Assembly (NCBI GenBank): GCA_903872035.1
Contig: CAIQIZ010000021.1
Coordinates: 18,157-82,156, forward strand
Source: an uncultured bacterium
GTDB taxonomy: Bacteria > Patescibacteriota > Minisyncoccia > Phycocordibacterales > PALSA-1337
DNA: 64,000 nt
Direction of reading: 5' to 3'
Shown here piece after piece: positions 56,839 through 64,000 of this stretch. The position numbers were made by a program, and so were the translations under genes. The notes under the pieces were generated by a model. It was given only the letters and a program-made list of their open reading frames with translations, searched no databases and was not told the origin of the DNA. Numbering within the stretch: position 1 is the first letter of the stretch; each line of letters starts with the position of its first letter.

Positions 56839-57429
56839 ATGTGCCATACTGTAATATTGTCCGCTTGGAACCGTCACCTATTATTTACTATGACCAAACT
56901 CACCAAACTCCAACAAGCCCTAGAATCGACAAGGTTAACCGTGGCTCACCACGAGTTTGCCAAAAAGCTGACCGCTCACGCATTTTTCAAGACGCATGAC
57001 CGTCAGACTGGCGAGGATATGGTCCAGACCACTTTCATGAAGACTTGGAGGTATTTGGTCAAAGGTGGAAAGATAGATGTTATGAAAGCTTTCCTATATC
57101 ACATACTGAACAATCTGATCATCGACGAATACAGGAAACATAAAACAGCCTCCTTGGATTCGTTGGCAGAAAACGGATTCGACCCGGGTGACGACGATTC
57201 TGAACATATGATCCATACGCTCGACGGAAAAGCTATCGTCCTTTTGATACAAAGACTCCCTGAAATGTATCGCAAAATCATGCGCATGCGGTTCATCCAA
57301 GACCTATCGCTCCAAGAGATGTCGCTCATCACCGGACAAACCAGAAACACTATGGCTGTGCAGGTGCATCGCGGCATCGCCAAGCTGAAGATCCTATACG
57401 CCCTGCATCAGCCGATCATCCAATCCTGA
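56839..57429 (+). CDS. RNA polymerase sigma-70 factor, ECF subfamily
   Basis: Region 2 (FMKTWRYL...AFLYHILNNLIIDEYRK) and region 4 (LPEMYRKIMRMRFIQDLSLQEMSLITGQTRNTMAVQVHRGIAKLK). Confidence 0.75.
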   Translation: MCHTVILSAWNRHLLFTMTKLTKLQQALESTRLTVAHHEFAKKLTAHAFFKTHDRQTGEDMVQTTFMKTWRYLVKGGKIDVMKAFLYHILNNLIIDEYRKHKTASLDSLAENGFDPGDDDSEHMIHTLDGKAIVLLIQRLPEMYRKIMRMRFIQDLSLQEMSLITGQTRNTMAVQVHRGIAKLKILYALHQPIIQS

Positions 57430-57644
57430 TCAGATCTTCTCACAATCACAATGCAGAATCCCGTCGGCCGAAGTATAGGTCTCGCAGACCAAGCTTGGCT
57501 GCGCCGGTTTTATTTGTTTGTCTTGTTCTGTTCTCATCAGTCTGGTGACGAGCATCACCTAGGATCATTACAACTTATGGATTGTAATGGCCATCTAAGT
57601 TAAACGGCAATGTTGTATAGCATTATTAAAATAACATAAATCCC

Positions 57645-57794
57645 ATGTTAACATTCATCGCTGTCGTCCTTATAGCTCTCTGGCTCCTTGGAGTGGTAAC
57701 CTCATATACGATCGGAGGTTTTATTCACGTGCTTCTAATTGTGGCAATAATAATGATCCTCGTCCGATTGATCAGAGGACAGCGGGTGCTCTAG
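57645..57794 (+). CDS. Small membrane protein (49 aa), lmo0937-family-like
   Basis: MLTFIAVVLIALWLLGVVTSYTIGGFIHVLLIVAIIMILVRLIRGQRVL. The GG.IH.LL..A motif and length resemble the lmo0937 small-membrane-protein family. Not in the ORF track because it is under 60 aa. Confidence 0.45.
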   Translation: MLTFIAVVLIALWLLGVVTSYTIGGFIHVLLIVAIIMILVRLIRGQRVL

Positions 57795-57810
57795 AAGCGC
57801 TCCCTATTTG

Positions 57811-58257
57811 TTAGCGATAGTATCCTCCGTAACCGTAATTGGGATAATAGTTTGGACTGTAGCTGTAGTAATTATAAGAGTACCCAGGATTGTAATAAGT
57901 CGGTTGTGGATAATATCCTCCGGAATAATATTGGTTGTACCCATTGTAGTTATTGCAGCAATTGTTGTTGTATCCGTTGTTATAGTAATTTCCGTAGTTG
58001 TTCCCGCCACATCCGTAGTTGCAGCCATTGCTGTATCCATAATTTGAATAGCCATAATTCGGCTGATGGTAATAATTCGACTGGTCGTAATAGCCGTTAC
58101 TGTTGTAAGAGCTTCCTTGATTGTGATCGTAACCACCACCGTAGCCTCCATACTGCGCAAAGGCCTTGGAAGGTAGCAATAAAGAAACGCCCATAAACAT
58201 AGCTGCAACGCCAATAAATATTGATTTTTGAAGATTTGTTTGTTTCATAATGTTCAA
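57811..58257 (-). CDS. Secreted Gly/Tyr/Asn-rich low-complexity protein
   Basis: Signal peptide MKQTNLQKSIFIGVAAMFMGVSLLLPSKAFA-Q, then about 110 aa of GY/NY repeats with 6 Cys. The alternative frame 57804..58214 (T/I-rich) lacks a signal peptide. Confidence 0.5.
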   Translation of the reverse strand: MNIMKQTNLQKSIFIGVAAMFMGVSLLLPSKAFAQYGGYGGGYDHNQGSSYNSNGYYDQSNYYHQPNYGYSNYGYSNGCNYGCGGNNYGNYYNNGYNNNCCNNYNGYNQYYSGGYYPQPTYYNPGYSYNYYSYSPNYYPNYGYGGYYR

Positions 58258-58301
58258 TAATACAACAATCGCTCATCGGTGTCAACACTACATGAACAAG
58301 T

Positions 58302-58688
58302 CTACAGCTTAATCGGCGTCGTAAATACTTCCCTTTTTCTGTATTGATACCAAGCAACGACGGCAGCTGACAACAATAGTATGAGCGCTCCGATATCGCT
58401 TGCCACATCTCCTGCGTCACCTATTTCGATGAATATTCCAGCTATCTTTGCCACTAAAGCCGCAGTTACCAAGATCGCCGGAACCATAGAAAAGCCATAA
58501 CAGTTTCCCCCATTGAAATACCAAAGCAAGCCTATGATCGCCAAAATTATTACCAGTAGCTCATCGAGCTTGAATGAGAGCTGGCTTTCAAGCAAAAACT
58601 GTGGGACGAACGATAGAGCCGACAATGTAAGGAGGCTTATGACGATCAAATTTTTTCCTTTGTAGACAACACCGAGTAATGGTTGCAT
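58302..58688 (-). CDS. Hypothetical membrane protein (4 TM)
   Basis: Hydrophobic 128-aa ORF; no family recognised. Confidence 0.4.
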   Translation of the reverse strand: MQPLLGVVYKGKNLIVISLLTLSALSFVPQFLLESQLSFKLDELLVIILAIIGLLWYFNGGNCYGFSMVPAILVTAALVAKIAGIFIEIGDAGDVASDIGALILLLSAAVVAWYQYRKREVFTTPIKL

Positions 58689-58775
58689 TGTAATGATTTT
58701 ATATACTATTAAATAGATGGGCTACCTCGTTGTCATTGTTACGAAAATGACCACGAAGTTGGTGCGTGAGGCAAA

Positions 58776-59174
58776 CTACTCTGTAGTTATACCATCAAAC
58801 TCCTCATTGTCAGCCTCGGCTATTTCTTTGGTCTTGTGGACCATCCCATCACGATGATGTGCTGGTGAATAGATAGTGTACATCTTGAGATCTATCTTGT
58901 CTGAAGTGTTGACGATATTATGTTTAGATCCAGCTGGAATGATCAAAGCCATCCCGTCGCTTATCTCATATTCATTTCCATCTATGAATCCTTTTCCCTG
59001 CCCCTTCTCAAAGCGAAAGAATTGATCGTTATCCGGATGCACTTCCATACCGATCTCTTCCTTGGGCCGCAAGCTCATCAACACCAACTGGCAATGCTTG
59101 GCTGTGTAAAGAACCTTACGGAAATCGTTGTTATCTAAAGTATCTTTCTCTATATTTGAGTGAAATCCTTTCAT
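58776..59174 (-). CDS. Cupin-domain protein
   Basis: G.E.H.H......F...G motif region (EIGMEVHPDNDQFFRFEKGQG) and second motif (G.ALIIPAGSKHNIVN). Confidence 0.6.
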   Translation of the reverse strand: MKGFHSNIEKDTLDNNDFRKVLYTAKHCQLVLMSLRPKEEIGMEVHPDNDQFFRFEKGQGKGFIDGNEYEISDGMALIIPAGSKHNIVNTSDKIDLKMYTIYSPAHHRDGMVHKTKEIAEADNEEFDGITTE

Positions 59175-59194
59175 GGTTTTTGAATAGATTAATA

Positions 59195-59881
59195 TTAAAA
59201 TTTAGAATCTATAAGACGCACAACTTTTCCCTTTTCGTCGACTTCGACCGTATTCGTGGCATCAATACCATTTCCCTTAAAATGTCTCTCTTCTACATGG
59301 GTCTTTCCGCTAGCATCACCAGTCGGCTCTGTAAAACCTGAAGCCTGAAAGCTTCGCTCCATCTCCACAGCACCAGCCTCATGTTGCGCATGCTTCACGA
59401 TTTGTTCAGGAACATCAGCCACTTTGGCTAGTCCTTTGCTGGCTTCTATGACATTGTCGAATTCTCCTAAGATAGTCACGACTCCAGTCGCATCGTCGAT
59501 CTTCACATAACGCTGTGCCAGAAAATTCCGACCCTCTTTGGATTTTTTGACATACTCGACTCCCCAAGTAATTTTGGTCTCCTTGTATAGAACTTCAAAT
59601 AGCTCAGACGCTTCCATAGTTTTTCCAGCCGAAGATTCCGTGACTTCTTCATGCTTGGTATTGGGTGTGTTTTCCAGTAGGCTCGCATCCGCTGCTTCAC
59701 CACTCCCCATCGAGCCGAAATAGCCAACACCAACAACACCAGCCAATGCGGCCGTCTTTTTGACTTTATTGATCAGTCCGCCTAATTTATTTCGGGACTT
59801 TATCTTTGCCTCAGCTTTTACTTCCTGCTCCGACGCATCTTCCAATGGCGGAGTATTCGCAAGTGGGTTTTCTAGGCTCAT
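59195..59881 (-). CDS. Hypothetical protein
   Basis: 228-aa ORF; single predicted TM near residue 45; no family recognised. Confidence 0.35.
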   Translation of the reverse strand: MSLENPLANTPPLEDASEQEVKAEAKIKSRNKLGGLINKVKKTAALAGVVGVGYFGSMGSGEAADASLLENTPNTKHEEVTESSAGKTMEASELFEVLYKETKITWGVEYVKKSKEGRNFLAQRYVKIDDATGVVTILGEFDNVIEASKGLAKVADVPEQIVKHAQHEAGAVEMERSFQASGFTEPTGDASGKTHVEERHFKGNGIDATNTVEVDEKGKVVRLIDSKF

Positions 59882-59951
59882 TTTGGTGTATGTTATCGGT
59901 TAATACCTAAATGATACCACGCGGGTGAGCGTTAAATTTCATTGACTCCCA

Positions 59952-61508
59952 TCACCAATCCGTCTCCTTATAATCCTTGAGAAACTTACCCCAAATATGC
60001 ACGCCGGTATTGGCGCCAGAAATTATTGGGTCGACGATGCGAGCGGCCCCGTCCACGATATCTAGCGGCGGATGGAAACGATGTTCCTCGACTTTGCGGG
60101 CGGCGATGTGGGCTGGATCCTCGTCGGTAACCCAGCCGGTATCTACAGCATTCATATGAATTCCGTCAGCGTGGTAGTCAGCGGCCGCTGTGCGCGTCAT
60201 CATATTGAGCGCGGCTTTGGCCATGTTCGTATGTGGATGTCGGGTGGTTTTGAACTTTCTGTAAAATTGCCCTTCGACTGCAGAGACATTGACGATGTGC
60301 TTATCTTTTTCCGGTGTAAGAAGCATAAGCGGTTTTAAACGAGCATTGAGAACGAATGGTGCAACTGCGTTAACGAGCTGAACTTCGAGAAGTTCAACTG
60401 AAGAGACTTCGGCCATAGTCATTCTCCAGGAATTATGATCACGAAGATCTACTTGCTGTAAGTCTTGATCCAGCTTCCCTTGAGGAAACAAACCTTTTTG
60501 CGCCGCCAGTTCTTCTGGTAAGAGAATTATTTGGGACAAGTCGGCTGAAGACTTTGGCACGGCACCATTAGAGATCTTCACATCTTTCACATCCGCCGAA
60601 ACGGAAGCGTTTGAATTCCCTTCAGGTAATATGTGATAGCCCCTCAATCCCTCGTAAGCGCCCAATAATTTCTGCGCCTCTTTGGGAAGGTTTGTAATCG
60701 GCGCGCGTTCCCCTTCCATCATGTGCTTGTAATAGTCCGGTGGCCGACGAACCGTCTGACATGCGTTGTTCACGATGTAATCCAAACGCGAATGAGTAGA
60801 GATGATATGGTGACAAAAAGCTTCCACACTCGGAGTGTGACGCAGATCGAGACCGTATATCTCCAGGCGATTTCCCCATTCTTTGAAATCAGCTTCGGCA
60901 GAGTATCGCAATGCCGCATCTTTAGGAAATCGTGTGCACACTATTAGGTGCGATCCAGCGCGAAGAAGTTTGATCCCAGCTTGGTAACCGATTTTGACAC
61001 GACCGCCGGTAAGAAGAGCAACTCGTCCGCGAAGATCGGCAGTTTCTGTGCGCTTGCCATAATTGAAATCGGCACAAGTCGGACACAACTGATCATAGAA
61101 ATGATGTATGGTCGAATAATTCTGTTTGCAGATATAACAATTCTGCGGTTCTATGACCTCTCGAAATTCCGGATCACCAACGACTTCTTTCTGCGCAAAA
61201 TTCGCCGGTGGAAAGACATTAGGTGTCATAAAGACTTTCTCTCTTCGAAGCGCCCGAATACCTGTTTGGTTGAGCCTAGATTGCAGACGCTCCGTCTTTT
61301 CCGTCTTCCGTAGGCGCGACTTGGCTTTGACCAGTCTCCGTCGCTCGGCCACGTCGGGACAGAATATCTTCCTGGTGGCCGAAAATAGCTTGGCACGGTC
61401 TTCGTCCGAGAGTTTGGCCAGTGCCAGTCTATCTACTGAGGCTTTTTCCAGTATTTCCGTGGCCGCCACAAGCTTCGCGGCCAATTCTTTGTCAGCTTGG
61501 TCTTTCAT
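59952..61508 (-). CDS. Short-chain dehydrogenase/reductase (SDR) family oxidoreductase with an N-terminal extension of about 150 aa containing Cys pairs
   Basis: Rossmann motif LTGGRVKIGYQAG...; Cys cluster CYICKQ...CPTCADF in the N-terminal extension. Confidence 0.5.
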   Translation of the reverse strand: MKDQADKELAAKLVAATEILEKASVDRLALAKLSDEDRAKLFSATRKIFCPDVAERRRLVKAKSRLRKTEKTERLQSRLNQTGIRALRREKVFMTPNVFPPANFAQKEVVGDPEFREVIEPQNCYICKQNYSTIHHFYDQLCPTCADFNYGKRTETADLRGRVALLTGGRVKIGYQAGIKLLRAGSHLIVCTRFPKDAALRYSAEADFKEWGNRLEIYGLDLRHTPSVEAFCHHIISTHSRLDYIVNNACQTVRRPPDYYKHMMEGERAPITNLPKEAQKLLGAYEGLRGYHILPEGNSNASVSADVKDVKISNGAVPKSSADLSQIILLPEELAAQKGLFPQGKLDQDLQQVDLRDHNSWRMTMAEVSSVELLEVQLVNAVAPFVLNARLKPLMLLTPEKDKHIVNVSAVEGQFYRKFKTTRHPHTNMAKAALNMMTRTAAADYHADGIHMNAVDTGWVTDEDPAHIAARKVEEHRFHPPLDIVDGAARIVDPIISGANTGVHIWGKFLKDYKETDW

Positions 61509-61568
61509 GAAATATTTCGCAGTCTATCAGGTTAGAGGGAGGAAGTCATTGAGAACTGCTTCCTTGAT

Positions 61569-62354
61569 TCAATTCCTCAATAAATATACAGCAAAAAGAT
61601 CGGCAGTATTTATCTCCTTGATCTTATCCAATTTAATCGATTCTTCGTTATTCTTTTTATTCGCCTCAGAATATGTCAGCGGATAGATAACTTCAATATT
61701 GAGACCCAACTCGCTTACGACCTGAATAAATTCCTTTGTTATCAGCGAAGCGTTAACAGACCGTAGAAATCGCATAGCTTCATGATCATCCAAAATTGCA
61801 GACTGCCTCGTATTAATACTCTCGTCTGATGCATTTCTCACAAGGTCAAAAATGTACAATAGCCCTCCGTTTTTTAGTGGCTTCATTAATTCTACTATCG
61901 CCGTTTTGGGATCGGGAAAATGATGGAACGAATCCTTACATACTACGCAATCGAAATTTCCCGGAACATTCAGGTCATGCACATTTTGAACTTCGAAACG
62001 GATTCCATCAGAACCATATCTAGACTTGGCGATTTCAATCAGTTCTTTGCTTCCATCGACAGCAATTATATTCTGCGGTTTAACAAATTTAGAAAGCTCA
62101 TGAACCAATTGACCTGCTCCACAACAGACCTCAAGTATACGTGAATCAACCGTCAAATGAGCACGCTCGACAACATCGAAGGCGACCATCCTAAAAGTTA
62201 AGGTTCTATCATCCTTCCGATTGGCATATTTCACTCCTTCCTCACCGCCTATTACTTCCTCTGGTTCAAGAATTCTCCGTGATAAATCGGTGATAAAACC
62301 TTCTCGAGAAAATGTTTGTCTATTCATAGAAAAATGTAATATCAACCTAAACAA
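61569..62354 (-). CDS. Class I SAM-dependent methyltransferase
   Basis: Motif I ILEVCCGAGQL; motif post-I VDGSKELIEIAKSRY; Methyltransf_11/25-like. Confidence 0.7.
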   Translation of the reverse strand: MFRLILHFSMNRQTFSREGFITDLSRRILEPEEVIGGEEGVKYANRKDDRTLTFRMVAFDVVERAHLTVDSRILEVCCGAGQLVHELSKFVKPQNIIAVDGSKELIEIAKSRYGSDGIRFEVQNVHDLNVPGNFDCVVCKDSFHHFPDPKTAIVELMKPLKNGGLLYIFDLVRNASDESINTRQSAILDDHEAMRFLRSVNASLITKEFIQVVSELGLNIEVIYPLTYSEANKKNNEESIKLDKIKEINTADLFAVYLLRN

Positions 62355-62365
62355 TCTTTCACATT

Positions 62366-64000
62366 CTACACCAACCCAAAATCTAGCATCCTTTTGTCGA
62401 TGTCAGCGGCTTTAACTTTGAATGTAACAGTGTCGCCAAGAGTGAACTTCGTGCCGGATTTCTGGCCGACGATGGAATAGGTCTTCTCGTCAAAGGTATA
62501 ATAATCTTCACCGAGATTGGAAATGTGGATCATGCCTTCGCACATGGTTTCGATCTCGGCCACATATATCCCCCACTTGGTCACGCCGGTAATGGTACCC
62601 TTGAACATCTCCCCGATCCGCTCGCTCATATACTCGACTTGCTTCAGCTTCTTTGAGGCGCGCTCAGCTTCGGCGGCAGAGATTTCGCGGGCAGTGGAAG
62701 TTTCGGCGATGTTCTGGAAGACGACCACGTCGCGATCGCCGAATTTTTCATTATTCAAATGCTTGGCCAAAACTCGATGAACCAAGAGATCTGGGTAGCG
62801 GCGGATGGGCGACGTGAAATGTGTATAGAAACTGAAACCCAAACCAAAGTGGCCGATATTCTTGGTGGAATATACGGCTTTCTGCATGGATCTGATGGCG
62901 GCTGTCCGGATGAGCGATTCGTGTGGCGTATCTTCGATCTGATCGAGAAGATCGTTCAGGCTATGACCTGTCACTACCCCATCATGAGTCTTCAATGTGT
63001 ACCCTAAGGCTTTGACGAATGTGGCCAGGTTCATGATCTTGTCTTTGTCCGGGACATCGTGAATGCGATATATGGCCCCAGTGTCGCGGGTGCCTTTCTT
63101 CTTTATAGAATCAAAGATGAATTTGGCTACTTCGCGATTGGCGAGCAACATGAACTCTTCGACAAGTTTATGAGTATCCAAGTGTAGAGATTTGACGATG
63201 CCGACGGGCTTCCCCGTCTGGTCCAGCCGGAATTTTATCTCATCCTGTTCGAACTCGACGGCGCCTTGGGAGGTTTTTTCTTTCCTTAGGATCTTGGCCA
63301 ATCTATCGAGGTCGACAAAAGCCTCGCGATATTTCATTCCCGCTTCTGCCGAGGCTGTCGTCTGAATATTATTAGAATATTTCACTACCAAAGACGCATT
63401 ACCGTCGATAACAGCTTGAGCTGTCTCATAAGTGAAGCGATGAGTCGAATTCATAACCGTCTTTCCGAACCAACGAGAATGAACCCGGGCATTCTTATCC
63501 ATAGTGAAGATCGTCGAAAATGAGAGCTTGTCTTCATTGGGATTCAGACTGCAAACGTCATTAGAAAGCACCTCCGGAAGCATTGGTATCGTTCGATCAA
63601 CCAGATATATCGAGCAACCGCGTTTGACAGCTTCTTTGTCTAAAGATGTTCCTTCACGAACATAATGGGAGACGTCGGCGATGTGTACGCCTATCTCGAA
63701 TAATCCATCAGGCAGTTTCTTTATGGAAATGGCATCGTCGAAGTCCTTGGCATCGAATGGGTCTATGGTGAATGTTGGCGTACCTCTCACGTCACGACGC
63801 TTGGCGATCTCTTCGGCTGAAATAGATTTGTTCGCTCCTAATTCTTTGGCTTCCTTCTCAACATTCACCGGAAAGCCTACTTCAAATCCACTTTCCAAGA
63901 CGATAGATTCCATCTCCACATTGTTATTCCCCTTTGCGCCGATGATCCTCTCTACTCGTCCTTCCGGCATATCTGCTGGATCGATCCATTCGAGAAGTTT
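62366..64000 (-). CDS. rnr: Ribonuclease R / RNase II family exoribonuclease. Partial: the N-terminus lies beyond the window end
   Basis: RNB domain (RRDVRGTPTFTIDPFDAKDFDDAISI...), C-terminal S1 domain (GTITGVTKWGIYVAEIETMCEGMIHIS). The open reading frame continues upstream of the listed M to the window edge. Confidence 0.8.
   Translation of the reverse strand, partial: KLLEWIDPADMPEGRVERIIGAKGNNNVEMESIVLESGFEVGFPVNVEKEAKELGANKSISAEEIAKRRDVRGTPTFTIDPFDAKDFDDAISIKKLPDGLFEIGVHIADVSHYVREGTSLDKEAVKRGCSIYLVDRTIPMLPEVLSNDVCSLNPNEDKLSFSTIFTMDKNARVHSRWFGKTVMNSTHRFTYETAQAVIDGNASLVVKYSNNIQTTASAEAGMKYREAFVDLDRLAKILRKEKTSQGAVEFEQDEIKFRLDQTGKPVGIVKSLHLDTHKLVEEFMLLANREVAKFIFDSIKKKGTRDTGAIYRIHDVPDKDKIMNLATFVKALGYTLKTHDGVVTGHSLNDLLDQIEDTPHESLIRTAAIRSMQKAVYSTKNIGHFGLGFSFYTHFTSPIRRYPDLLVHRVLAKHLNNEKFGDRDVVVFQNIAETSTAREISAAEAERASKKLKQVEYMSERIGEMFKGTITGVTKWGIYVAEIETMCEGMIHISNLGEDYYTFDEKTYSIVGQKSGTKFTLGDTVTFKVKAADIDKRMLDFGLV

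Noticed and set aside
57804-58214. 136-aa T/I-rich ORF in the alternative frame of the Gly/Tyr-rich protein gene
   Set aside because: It has no signal peptide or start context. The other frame (57811..58257) begins with a canonical signal peptide ending AFA-Q.
1-64000. tRNA genes, rRNA genes, CRISPR arrays
   Set aside because: No GGTTCGAATCC/GGTTCAAATCC-type T-arm motifs (either strand) were noticed. No rRNA-like conserved blocks were seen. No regularly spaced direct repeats were seen. The only repeats are the dispersed palindromic families described above.

Overview
The window is a gene-dense, mostly minus-strand bacterial chromosomal segment whose content is consistent with a small-genome Patescibacteria/CPR-like organism; that assignment is inference only. 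No rRNA, tRNA or CRISPR array was found.

Gene content in order: a cell-envelope glycan export module (FkbM/WbdD-like methyltransferase, Wzt with a C-terminal carbohydrate-binding domain, Wzm, an O-antigen-ligase/TPR membrane protein) followed by three tandem secreted proteins with peptidoglycan-binding domains; ftsK, a four-helix-bundle (Avd/23S-IVS-family) gene inside an inverted-repeat cassette, recA, efp, rpsF-ssb-rpsR, tatD and metG; a complete diversity-generating retroelement (DGR); glyS, ileS, argS and recO; a thymidylate/folate cluster (glyA, dut, thyA, two HIT proteins, a dCMP-deaminase fusion, DHFR-like, folD); secE-nusG-rplK; VKOR/DsbA; P-II; a PAS protein and an ECF sigma factor; an SDR; and RNase R (partial).

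The DGR has an RT with the LGxxxSQ motif, a 108-bp TR/VR pair with 20 mismatches all at TR adenines, a target protein whose C-terminus carries the VR, and an Avd gene that is unusually antisense to the TR-RT unit.

The most unusual observations are:
- A palindromic repeat family with a conserved core (GCCGCTGGCCCACAGCGCTC) and co-varying inverted-repeat arms. It occurs twice intergenically and three times in frame inside housekeeping genes (twice in an rRNA methyltransferase, once in metG), as described for Rickettsia palindromic elements (RPEs).
- Further in-frame repeat or low-complexity insertions in ftsK, ileS, glyS, recO, glyA and an HTH gene.
- A histidine-phosphatase (PGAM-like) domain embedded within IleRS.
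- A long glyA leader that ends in an intrinsic terminator just before the start codon, making it a riboswitch candidate.
- Several large intergenic hairpins.
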